Shown in pieces: positions 26,281 to 38,490 of a stretch of 64,000 bases of DNA. Made by a program: the position numbers and the translations under genes. The first letter of the stretch is position 1, and every line of letters starts with the position of its first letter. Origin of the DNA: Lama guanicoe (lineage: Eukaryota); the NCBI GenBank assembly GCA_013239625.1, contig MU056050.1:4202084-4266083 (forward strand). Direction: 5' to 3'. Under the pieces are notes generated by a model. That model saw nothing but the letters and a program-made list of their open reading frames with translations, had not been told where the DNA came from and ran no database searches.

Positions 26281-27089
26281 AAAGAATGAATTTGTGTTAA
26301 ATCAACCCACGTAATTGTTATAATGTTATTTTTAACATTTTAACTAATATTTTAAAGGTATATTTGAATTTACACATATATTATTAAGGTAACAGTTCAT
26401 TTAGGGGAAGCAGTCTACATGGATCTGTGGCCTTAAATAATTCAAAATTCAATAAAAAATTAACTCATACTATTGGACAAAAACATGAATATACAGTGAA
26501 GAAGGTGCATTCCACTGAAACATGTTTTTATCAGAAAACTTACTAACTTGAAGTCTATAATCTTAGAAAAGAGAGCTTCAGGAAGATGTTACCAGGGACA
26601 AATCCTAAAAATACCGTCTTCACAATTTCTAACATTGTTCTCTTCATTGCAATGAAGAATGATGAAGAATGAAGCTAAACGAAGATTAATGAAGAATGAA
26701 AATTCCCACTTTCATCACCTCATCACATCATGGTAGTCTAGTAAGGCAGACAGACAAATTAAACTGACCATGGGATTTTCATATATAAAACTCAGGAGAA
26801 CATTTTGGCTTGGAAACAAATACTGTAAAATTCTAAAGATACTAGTGGTAGTTGTAGATAAAGGAATAGGTGAAACACTCCAGGAAGAATATGAAGAAAC
26901 ATCATTTAAGGGGTGAATGGAGGAAAGACTTTGTGAAGAGTAAGAAAATAGCCAGAGAAGTAGGAGGAAAACAGGACGTAATGATGAGGAAAGAGATTCA
27001 AGAGGAACTTACATCATTATCAAAGGGGACAGAGATGAAATAAGTAACAAAAATATTCAGAAAACATTAACGGTTCTCCAATTCCTATT

Positions 27090-27575
27090 AGTATGCATAA
27101 GCTTACCGGTGTTACACTCAGAAAAATTCCATAAAATGCTCCCAACCTACTTTTCCCACAAGCATTTCCCTATTTGTCTCCTTCACTTCTACTCTTGAAG
27201 GACTTGGAATATTCATTGCACCATGAACATGAGAACTTGCCTGCCTCTGTGACTTAATTCATGTTGTACCTCTAAATAGAATGATCTCCCCCTGGATGAG
27301 GCATACCTGCCTACAGTCTAGCAATTGTTCTAAGCCGATATTTTCTGTGAAAGGTCTCTTTCCCTCTTTGAAATTCCCTTAGCACTTTTTAAAAAATTAA
27401 CCTGCTTGCCACTTGCAAATTGGATTATAGCTATCAGTACACTCTGTATACTTTTCCTGTTCTCCCTATACTTTTTCATGGAATAAAACTCTGTACCATA
27501 ATCATATTCAAAACCTCAGCATAATACCATCCATATAGAGATGTTCAATAAATATATTCTGAATGTTGAATAAAC
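27090..27575 (+). mobile_element. L2 3' end
   Basis: Ends ATAGAGATGTTCAATAAATATATTCTGAATGTTGAATAAA, an L2-type tail. Confidence 0.65.
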
Positions 27576-30504
27576 AGACGCTTGAGTATCCCTAGAAACC
27601 AATGCAATGAATGTATGAAAAAATGAGCAAGACAATTTCCTGTTATTTAGACTTCAAATCTCCTTTCTGATTTTCTTTCAAGTCCAAAGTATCTATTATC
27701 TTTATGGGTAATATCTCTATGAGGAAATTTTAGGCCAGTGTAGAATATCCTGACTTATATTTCTGTATATTAATTGAATAATTAATCTTAACTGTGTGGT
27801 AACTCCGACATAGGGGACAACTGTTTCATTATAGTGAAAATGTTCATTACAAAAATTATCAAAAATAGATTACCAGTGCTTGATAAGCCAGTGATCTGCA
27901 GTATGCAATGTCCTTCTGCGATACTTGGTTCCCGGACTCAAAGACAATTTGTCAGGAAGGGTGGCAGTTTATTCTTGGTTCACGAAAGAAGAATTCTATA
28001 AATGATTTTATGCTCATTTCAGTTGAACTCTGTTCATTTCCCTCTTCAAGATAGAGTAGAACTTAATATTCTAGGGTGCTGAAAACTCCTAACACTAACA
28101 CTTTTGATTTATTGCTATAAAAACAAATTTACTTAAAGAAACAATAGGAGAAGGCATACATCACTATAGAAAAAATTGGAAGTTGTTGCAGAATGTATTT
28201 CTATTGAAATAAATGTAGGATTTGAGGGTGAAGGTTATTTAATGTTACTTTTCAGAGGGAGCCTTTCCATTTTTTTAACAAAAAATATTTGATAGAACAA
28301 TGCTATAATACCATCATGAAGATCAGACTTCCTAGAAAGATAAACTTTCGTGCAGTTCAAGATGATTTTGGTAGATAAGCATAAAATTTTCATGGAGGGG
28401 GTGGATGTATTGCTCATTTAGATACTAAACAGCTTAGAAATACCTCAAATTTCTTTTAAAAATGTACTGAAGAGACATTATGAAAGGTGGAATAAATCAC
28501 AGGTTTTCACAACTCTCCCAAATAGTTATTTGCCTAAAACAGGTACAGAAACCTGAAACTAGACATATGCATTGACATTTTCTCGACAGATTTATAACCC
28601 TATGGTTTCCAAAACTGTAATGTTCAATAACATTTCATTAGTATACTCCAGTGTATTTATTGCTCTGCATTATTAATACAGATATGTGCCTAGGAGATGT
28701 ACAATTTGTAATTACTTTTCCTTTCAGAGCATAATAGCTTCACACTGGGCTTGTTGCAGCTACGATATTTCATCTCCGAATTCTCCTTCAAACTTTCTGG
28801 GGCTGTGACAGAAATTTGTATTTGAACAGAAAAGCTGTCAAGAAGGTGCTGTGGTACTATCCATCACATTTTTAATCCTGACCATACTTAGATGGTACTG
28901 AGGTTGGCTGTCCAAGACACTAAACAAAGATTGAAATTATGCCTTCTGTTCTTACGCATCAAAGTAGCACCGTTATACCAAATTCAATAGGCCTGTATTA
29001 CACTCTATTAATTTCCTATTAGTTCTCAGCTATGCAAAGTCTAACCATGGTGTCACTATGGTTTAGACATGCAACCTTGATTCCAGCATCCAAAAAATGG
29101 AACCTGTCACTTCTAATAATTTTACAGGAGATTCTACAAATGTAAATCCTTTTTCATCTTGTCATCCTTTCATGTCTTTAATGAGTTTGCTCACTAACAG
29201 TGTAGAATCTTAATTTAACTTTCAGAAATATTAACAGCCATTATAATTGAGCATCTCTAGGAATATACTAATTAAAGTGTAATAAAGAGTAATTTATAAT
29301 ACCTGAAACATTTGTCTTTTAAAAATCCCATCAATATTTAACTATTTATCAGAAAGAAAGCAAAGACAACAGTGAACTCAAGATTCCTAGCCAAAGTGCT
29401 TATTTTGAGAGAAAGCATCAGGTAGCATAATTGGATGATCTTCAAGTTAAACTCAGTCATTTGTATAAGAAGCAAACACTGTGTACTTGAAAAGCAAATT
29501 AACCAGGGATTACCATGTTAGTTACATCACAGAAAATAGTTAACTCTCGGGAATAGGTGACATGATCAGTTTGTCAGGTACTTTACATGAAACATTCATA
29601 TAGCCTTTCATAAAAGTTCATGCTTTTTAGATACATTGCCTTTTCCCACCATTTCTACCTTTAAATCTAATTAAAGCCCCTTAGAATCCAGATCTACACC
29701 CTTTTATCTCTCTTGACAGCTTTTAATTTGAATGTCTGTAATGAAGTCCACTAAAATTCATACTGTACCAGTAGTAGGAATAGCATTTGCTGTGCTAGAG
29801 TCTCAAATATAATACTTTAAGCTGAAAGAAAACAACTCAAAAATTTTTAATTTTGACCCAGAAACTTCATATTAAATTTTTTAAAGATTAAATGGAATGG
29901 GTTTGATAGTGGAATTACACCAGTTTTTTTCTTTAATCTATTTCCCCCCATTTCCCTGTTGTTGAATTACTATATGACAATAATTTAACATCAGTTTTTT
30001 ATATAGAATCAGTGAAACTTATTCTGGTGTTCCAGAATTCTACATTTAAGGAGTCTGAAGCCTTAGGTATTTGGTTGGGGAAGTAACATTACACCAGTCA
30101 AGTCTGCCAATCCACAATTGCTCAAGTAATCCAAGTCTTGGCATTCAGATTTTACTGTGAATCTTACTGCTTCAAACTGTGTTCATCATGCCACAAGAAA
30201 TTTTTTTTTCCGTATACATTGGACACAGAATACTTTATTCATTTCAGTCTTTTCTGTCCATTAGCATTTTAGGAGCACTAAATTGCTGAACGTCTGCCGT
30301 TGTCTCAGTGTCAACTACCAGAGTGGATGAATCTCAGCATAAATCATGATATATAGTAGCACAAAGTACACATGATATGTAGTCGTTTCAAAGTATACTC
30401 AGTGAATGTGTATTTTGCTATTTGGCAACACAAAACATCTTTGTCTACAATACAGAACCCTTTCAACTTAGCATTTATATTATTGTTTTTACAAATAGGA
30501 AGAG

Positions 30505-30730
30505 CATTAAACGCAAATAGCTATCAAGTATTTATGTTTCGGGCACTGAGTGAAGTACTTTACATATATTATCTCATTTAATTTTTGTATTAACCCTATT
30601 ACTATCCCTATATGAACTATAAAGACACAAATGCAGAAAATACTTAACAACTTTTCCAAGATCATGTAACTTGTAAGTGTTAGAATTAGGATTCATTCCC
30701 TTATCTTAACCGCAATTACTACTGCCTCTC
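30505..30730 (-). mobile_element. MIR SINE
   Basis: tactttacatatattatctcatttaat...cttttccaagatcatgtaacttgtaagtg is antisense MIR core. Confidence 0.7.
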
Positions 30731-33700
30731 GATGATAATCAAAAGGGGAAAATAATATATTTTGAGGGAGATGTATTGTTTCTGGAGGTTTCAAAAATAT
30801 ATCCATTGCACTGGTGACTATAATTGGGAAAACATAAATCTGAACATTTAAGATCTGTGTCTTGTATTTTTATATATTGTATATTAATAAAATGGAAATC
30901 AAATTTCTTCCTAAATTTAGCTCCACCTCTATACTAATCAATATATGCTAGGGAGTCAATAAAGAAATGTCTCTCAGAGAATGTTCACCTTCTTCTCCCT
31001 CTCATTTGTGGGAACAGAATGCACTCAAGTAAGCTTCACCTACATTACAAGGTAAAGAAGAAAGTTTTGACAAAGGATAGGAGTCTTTCACAAAGGAACC
31101 TTATTTGGGGGCATCTCCTATTTCAAAAAAATTACTGGAATATAGTTGACTTACAATGTTGTGTTAGTTTCAGGTGTACAGCATAGTGATTCACTTATAC
31201 CTATGCATATATATATATATTCTTTTTCAGATTATTTTCCATTATAGGTTATCACAAGATATTGAATATGGTTCCCTGTGCTCTACAGTAGGACCTTGTT
31301 GTTATCTATTTTATATATAGTAGTGTGTATATATTAATCCTAAACTCCTAAGTCCTCTCTCCCCCTTCCCCCTTGGTAACCATAGTTTGTATTCTATGTC
31401 TGTGAGTGTATTTCTGGTTTTTAAATAAGTTCGTTTGTATCATTTTTTGTAGATTTCACATACCAGTGATATCACATGATATTTGTCTTTATCTGGCTGA
31501 TTTACTTCACTTAATATGATAATCTCTAGATCTATCCATGTTGTTGCAAATAGCATTATTTTATTCTTTTTATGGCTGAATAATATTTTGTTGTATATGT
31601 ATAACATCTTCTTAATCCGTTCATCTGTTGATGGACATTTAGGTTGCTTCCATGTCTTAGCTATTGTAATAGTGCTGCTATGAACATTGGGGTTCATGCA
31701 TCTTTCTGGATAAATGCCGAGGAGTGGGATTGCTGGGTCATTTGGTAACACATTTGGTCTTCTAAAGAATCTCCATACAGCTCTCCATAGTGGCTGTACC
31801 AATTTACATTCCCATCAACAGTGTGGGGGGTTCTCTTTCCTCCACACCCCCTCCAGGATTTATTATTTGTAGACTTTTTAATGATGGCCATTCTGACTAG
31901 TGTGAGGTGATACCTCATTATAGTTTTCATTTTCATTTCTTTTATAATTAGTGATCTTGAGCATCTTTTCATGTGCTTATTGGCCATCTGTATTTCTTCT
32001 TTGGAGGAATGTCTGTTTAGATCTTCTGCTCATTTTTTGATTGGGTTGTTTGTTTTTTGATATTAAGCTGTATGAGTTGTTTGTATATTTTGGAAATTAA
32101 TCCCTTGTTGGTAGCATTTGCAAATATTTTCTCCCATTCTGTAGGTTGCCTTTTCATTTTGTTTATGGTTTCCTTTGCTGTGCAAAAGCTTTTAAGTTAG
32201 GTCCCATTTGTTTATTTTTGCCTTTATTTCCACTCTTCTAGGAGACAGGTCCCCCCAAAAAATGTTGCTGCAGTTATAGTGCTCTGCTTATGTTTCCCTC
32301 TAAGAGTTTTAGAGTATCCAGTCTTATATTTAGGTCTTTAATCCATTTTGAGTTTATTTTTGTATATGGTGTTAGAGAATGTTCTAATTTCATTCTACAT
32401 GTAGCTGTCCACTTTTCCCAGCACCACTTATTGAAGAGAGTGTCTTCTCCATTGTATATTCTCTTACCTCTTTTGTGATAGATTAATTGACTGTAAGTCC
32501 GTGGATTTGTTTCTGGACTTTCTATTCTGTTCCATTGATCTATGTTTGTTTTTGTGCCTGTACCATACTGTTTTGATTACTGTAGCTTTGTAGTATAGTC
32601 TGAGGTCAGGAAGTGTGATTCCTCCAGCTCTGTTCTTTCTCCTCAAGATTGTTTTGGGTATTTGGAGTCTTTTGTGTTTTCATACAAATTTTAAATATTT
32701 TTGTTTCAGTTATGTGAAAAACGCCATTGTTATCTTGATAGGGATTGCATTGAATCTGTATATTGGATAATATGGTCATTTTAACAATATTGATTCTTTC
32801 AATATAAGAACACAGTATATCTTTCCATCTGTTTATGTCATCTTTAGTTTCTTTCATCAGTATCTTACAGTTTTTGGAGTACAGGTCCTTTGCCTCCTTA
32901 GGTAGGTTTATTCCTAGGTATTTTATTCTTTGTGATGCGATAGTAAATGGGATTACTTTCTTAATTTCTTTTTCTGATATTTTGTTGTTAGTGTATAGAA
33001 ATGCAACCCATTTCTGTATATTAATTTTGTATCCTGAAACTTTACTGAATTCATTGATGAGGTCTAGTAGTTTTCTGATAGCCTCTTTAGGATCTTCTAT
33101 GTATAGTATCATGCCATCCACAGTCAGTGACAATTTCATTTCTTCTTTTCCAATTTGGATTTTTTTTATTTCATTTTCTTGTCTGATTGCTGTGGCTTGG
33201 ACTCCCAAAACTATCCTGAATAAAAGTGGCAAGAGTGGGCATCCTTATCTTGTTCCTGATCTTAGAGGAAATGCTTTTAGCTTTTCACTGTTGAATATGA
33301 TGTTAACTGTGGGTTTTTCATATATGGCCTTTATTATGTTGCAGTATGATCCCTCTATACTCTCTTTCTAGAGAGTTTTTATCATAAATGGATGTTGAAA
33401 TTTATCAAAGCCGTTTTCTACATCTATTGAGATGATCATTTGATTTTTATTCTTCAGTTTATTAATGTGGTGTATCACATTGATTTGTGGATATTGAAAA
33501 ATCCTTACATCCCTGGGATAAATCCCATTTGATCATGGTGTATGATCCTTTTAATATATTGTTGGCCTAGCTTTGCTAGTATTTTGTTGAGAATTTTTGC
33601 ATCTGTGTTCATCAGTGATATTGGCCTGTAATTTCTTTTTTTGTGATATATTTATCTGATTTTGGTATCAGGGTGATGGTGGCCTCACAGAATGAGTTTG

Positions 33701-34479
33701 GAAGTGTTCCTTCCTCTGCAATTTTTTGGGAATAGTTTCATAAGGATAGATGTTAACTCTTCTCTAAATGTTTGGTAGAATTTGCCTGTGAAGCCATGTG
33801 GTCCTAGACTCTTGTTTGTTGGGAGTTTTTAAATTACTGATTCAATTTCAGTCCTGTTAATTGACCTGTTCATATTTTTTCATATTTTCTATTTCTTCCT
33901 TTGTTGGGAGATTGTACCTTTCTAAGAATTTGTCCTTTTCTTCTAGTTGTCAATTTCATTGGCATATAGTTGCTCATAGTAGCCTATTATGATTTTTTTG
34001 TATTTCTGTGGTATTGGTTGTAACTTCTCCTTTTTCATTTCTGATACTATTGATTTAGGCCCTCTCCTTTTTTTATTGATGAAACTGGCTAAAGCTTAAT
34101 CAATTTTATTTATCTTTTCAAGTTACCAACTTTTAGTATCATTGATCTTTTCTGTTTTTTTTAAGTTTCTATTTCATTCTAGTCTGATCTTCATGATTTC
34201 TTTCCTTCTACTAACTTTGGGTTTTATTCTTCTTTCTCTAGTTGCTTTAGACATAAGGTTAGGTTGTTTATTTGAGATTTTTCTTGTTTCCTAATATAAG
34301 ATTGTATCACTATAAACTTCCCTCTTAGAACTGCTTTTGCTGTGTCCTATAGGTTTTGGATCATCATGTTTTCATTTTGATTTGTCTCTAGGCGTTTTTT
34401 TTTTTAATCTCTTCTTTGATTTCCTAAGTGATCCATTGGTTGTTTAGTAGCATACTGTTTAGCCTCCACGTGTTTGTGT

Positions 34480-34585
34480 TTTTTTCAGGTTTGGTTTTTT
34501 TTTTTTTTTTTTTTGGGTGTTTTTTTTTTTTGTTTTTTTTTTTTTTTTTTTTTTTTAGGTTTTTTTTTTTTTTTTTTTTTTTTGT
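34480..34585. repeat. ~100 bp poly-T/G tract inside L1 ORF2
   Basis: Near-homopolymer T runs broken by G or AGG, seen directly. Confidence 0.9.
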
Positions 34586-36617
34586 AGGTGATTTTTAATC
34601 TCATAGAGTGTGGTCAGAAAAGGTGCTTGATATGACTTCAATTTTATTAAATATACCAAGGCTTGCTTTGTGGCTCAGCATGTGATCTATCCTGGAGAAT
34701 GTTCCATGTGTACTTGAACAGAATATGTATTCTGCTGCTTTTGGTCGGAATGCTCTGTGACTGTCAGTTAAGTCCATCTGGTCTAATGAGTCATTTAAGG
34801 CCTATTTCTTTATTAATTTTCTGTCTGGATGATCTGTCTATTGATGTATGTGGGGTGTTAAAGTCCCCTACTATTATTGTGTTACTGTCAATTTCTCCCT
34901 TTATGCCTGTTAAAATTTGCCTTATATTGAGATGCTCCTATGTTGGGAGCATATTTATTTACAGTTGTTACATCTTCTTCTTGGATTGATCCCTTGATCG
35001 TCATGTAGTGTCCTTCTTTGTCTCTTATAATAATATTTATTTTAAAGTCTATTTTGTCTGATATAAGTATTGCTACTCCAGTTTTCTTTTGATTTCTATT
35101 TTTGTGGCATACCTTTTTCCACCCTCTCACTTTCAGTCTGTATGCGTCTCTAGATCTGAAGTGAGTCTCTTGTATGCAATTGGTCTTGTTTTTGTATCCA
35201 CTCAGCCAGTCTTTGTCTTTTGGTTGGAGTATTTAGTCTATTTACATTTAAGGTATATTGATATGTATGTTCCTATTGTTAATTGTTTTTTTGATTTGTT
35301 TTTGTAGGCCTTTTTTTCTTTTCTTCTTTTGTTCTCTTGTGATTTGGTGACTCTCTTTAGTGTTATGTTTGGATTCCTTTTTCTTTTCTTATGTGTAAAT
35401 CTATTATAGATTTTTGTTTTGTGGCTACCATGAGGTTTTGATATAGCTGTCTATATATATACATATATACACACACACATATAATTGCTTTAAGTTTCTG
35501 ATCTCTTAATTTCAAATGCATTGTAAACACCTTGCATTTATATTCATACTCCTCATGATTACTGGTTTTGATATCATATTTTACAGCTAATTGTTTTGTG
35601 CATCCCTTAGCTGCTTATTGTGGATATAGATGGTTTTACTACTTTGCCTTTTAATCTTCCTACTAGGCTGTCTGTGAATGATTTCCTACCTTTACTGTAT
35701 ATTTGCCTTTACTGGTGAGCTTTCCATTTTGTAATTTTCTTGTTTCTAGTTGTGGCTTTTTCTTTTCTGCCGAGAGAAGTTCCTTTGGCTTTGTTGTAAA
35801 GTTGGCTTTATGGTGCTAAATCTTTTAACTTTTGCTTATTTGTAAAACTTTTGATTTCTTCATCAAATCTGAAAGAGACCCTTGTGGGGTAGAGTACTCT
35901 TGTTTGAGGTTTTTCTTTTCCATCACTTAATAGTACCACTCACTTCTTGCCTACATAGTTTTTGTTGAAAAAAAATCAGCTAATATCTTATGGGCATTCC
36001 CTTGTATGTTATTTGTTGCTTTTCCCTTGTTGCTTTTAATAGTCAACTTTATCTTTAATTTTTATCTTATCTTTTATTTTAATTTTAATTACAATATGTC
36101 TTGGTGTGTTTCTCTTAGTGTTAATCCTTAGTATGGGACTCTACGCTTTTAGGTGACTGTTTTCTTTCCCAGCTGGGGAAGTTTTCAGCTATTATCTCTT
36201 AAATATTTTCTCAGGCCCTTTCTCTCTCTCTTCTTCTGGGACCCCTATAATGTAAATAGTGTGCTTGATTTTATCCGAGAGGTTTCTTAAACTGTCCTCA
36301 TTTCTTTTTATTCTTTTTACTTTTTTCTGTTCTTCAGTAGTGATTTTCATTATTCTGTCTTCTAGCTTACTGATCCATTCTTCTGCCTCATTTAGTCTAC
36401 TCTTGATACCTTCTAGTATATTTTTCATTTGTTATTATATTCTTTAACTCTGATTGTTCCTTATATTTTCTAACACTTTGTTAAAAACTTCTAACTTCTC
36501 ACTCTTTGCATCCATTCTCTTCCCGAGTTCTTTGATCATCTTGATGATAATTACTCTAAACTGTTTCTCAGGTAGATTGCCTATCTCCATGTTACTTAGT
36601 TCTTCTTCTGAGGTTTT

Positions 36618-38490
36618 TTTTTTTTTTTACATTTTTTTTTGTTTCATAATCATTTTACAGTGTTGTGTCAAATTCCAGTGTTCAGCATGTTCAGCACAAT
36701 TTTTCAGTCATTCATGGACATATACACACTCATTGTCACATTTTTTTCTCTGTGATTTATCATAACATTTTGTGTATATTTCCCTGTGCTATACAGTGTA
36801 ATCTTGTTTATCTATTCTACAATTTTGAAATCCCAGTCTATCCCTTCCCACCCTCTACCCACCTGGTAACCACAAGTCTGTATTCTCTGTCCATGAGTCT
36901 TTAGATTCCACATATGAGCGATCTCATATGGTATTTTTCTTTCTCTTTCTGGCTTACTTCACTTAGAATGACATTCTCTAGGAGCATCCATGTTGCTGCA
37001 AATGGCATTATGTTGTCGGTTTTTATGGCTGAGTAGTATTCCATTGTATAAATATACCACCTCTTCTTTATCCAGTCACCTGTTGATGGACATTTAGGCT
37101 GTTTCCATGTTTTGGCTATTGTAAATAGTGCTGCTATGAACATTGGGGTGCAGGTGTCATCCTGAAGTAGATTTCCTTCTGGATACAAGCCCAGGAGTGG
37201 GATTCCTGGGTCATATGGTAAGTCTATTCCTAGTCTTTTGAGGAATCTCCACACTGTTTTCCATAGTGGCTGCACCAAACTGCATTCCCACCAGCAGTGT
37301 AGGAGGGTTCCCCTTTCTCCACAGCCTCTCCAGCATTTGTCATTTTTGGATTTTTGAATGACGGCCATTCTGACTGGTGTGAGGTGATACCTCATTGTAG
37401 TTTTGATTTGCATTTCTCTGATAATTAGTGATATTGAACATTTTTTCATGTGCTTTTTGATCATTTGTATGTCTTCCTTGGAGAATTGCTTGTTTAGGTC
37501 TTCTGCCCATTTTTGGATTGGGTTGTTTATTTTTTTCTTATTGAGTCGTATGAGCTGCTTATATATTTTGGAGATCAAGCCTTTGTCGGTTTCACTTGCA
37601 AAAATTTTCTCCCATTCCGTAGGTTTTCTTCTTGTTTTATTTCTGGTTTCCTTTGCTCTGCAGAAGCTTGTAAGTTTCATTAGGTCCCATTTGTTTATTC
37701 TTGCTTTTATTTCTTCTAGGAGAAAATTTTTGAAATGTATGTCAGATAATGTTTTGCCTATGTTTTCCTCTAGGAGGTTTATTGTATCTTGTCTTATGTT
37801 TAAGTCTTTAATCCATTTTGAGTTGATTTTTGTATATGGTGTAAGGGTGTGTTCTAGCTTCATTGTTTTACATGCTGCTGTCCAGTTTTCCCAACACCAT
37901 TTGCTGAAGAGACTGTCTTTATTCCATTGTATATTCTTGCCTCCTTTGTCGAAGATGAGTTGACCAAAAGTTTGTGGGTTCATTTCTGGGCTCTCTATTC
38001 TGTTCCATTGGTCTATATGTCTGTTTTGGTACCAATACCATGCTGTCTTGATGACTGTAGCTCTATAGTATTGTCTGAAGTCTGGGAGAGTTATTCCTCC
38101 AGCCTCTTTCTTTCTCTTCAGTAATGCTTTAGCAATTCTAGGTCTTTGATGGTTCCATATAAATTTTATTATGATTTGTTCTAGTTCTGTGAAATATGTC
38201 CTGGGTAATTGGATAGGGATTGCATTAAATCTGTAGATTGCCTTGGGCAGTGTGACCATTTTAACAATATTGATTCTTCCAATCCAAGAGCATGGAATAT
38301 CTTTCCATTTTTTAAAGTCTTCTTTAATTTCCTTCATCAATGGTTTATAGTTTTCTGTGTATAATTCTTTCGCCTCCTTGGTTAGATTTATTCCCAGATA
38401 TTTTATTACTTTGGGTGCTATTTTAAAGGGGATTGTTTCTTTACTTTCTTTTTCTGTTGATTTATCGTTAGTGTAAAGAAAGGCAACTGA
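36618..38490 (-). mobile_element. Very young 5'-truncated LINE-1 inserted in ORF1 of the older L1
   Basis: 15 bp TSD TTCTTCTGAGGTTTT at 36603-36617 and 38491-38505; poly-A tail; ORF2 frame open from 38490 to the stop at 36901. Confidence 0.97.
36901..38490 (-). pseudogene. L1 ORF2 C-terminal 530 codons (uninterrupted but 5'-truncated; no EN domain or YADD)
   Basis: 479 aa ORF 36901-38340, extendable without stops to 38490 ([39 protein letters not shown]...). Contains the HCWWEC motif. Confidence 0.95.

Noticed and set aside
29039..29068. Small imperfect hairpin GTCTAACCATGGTGTCACTATGGTTTAGAC
   Set aside because: Too short to distinguish from chance or to call an RNA gene.
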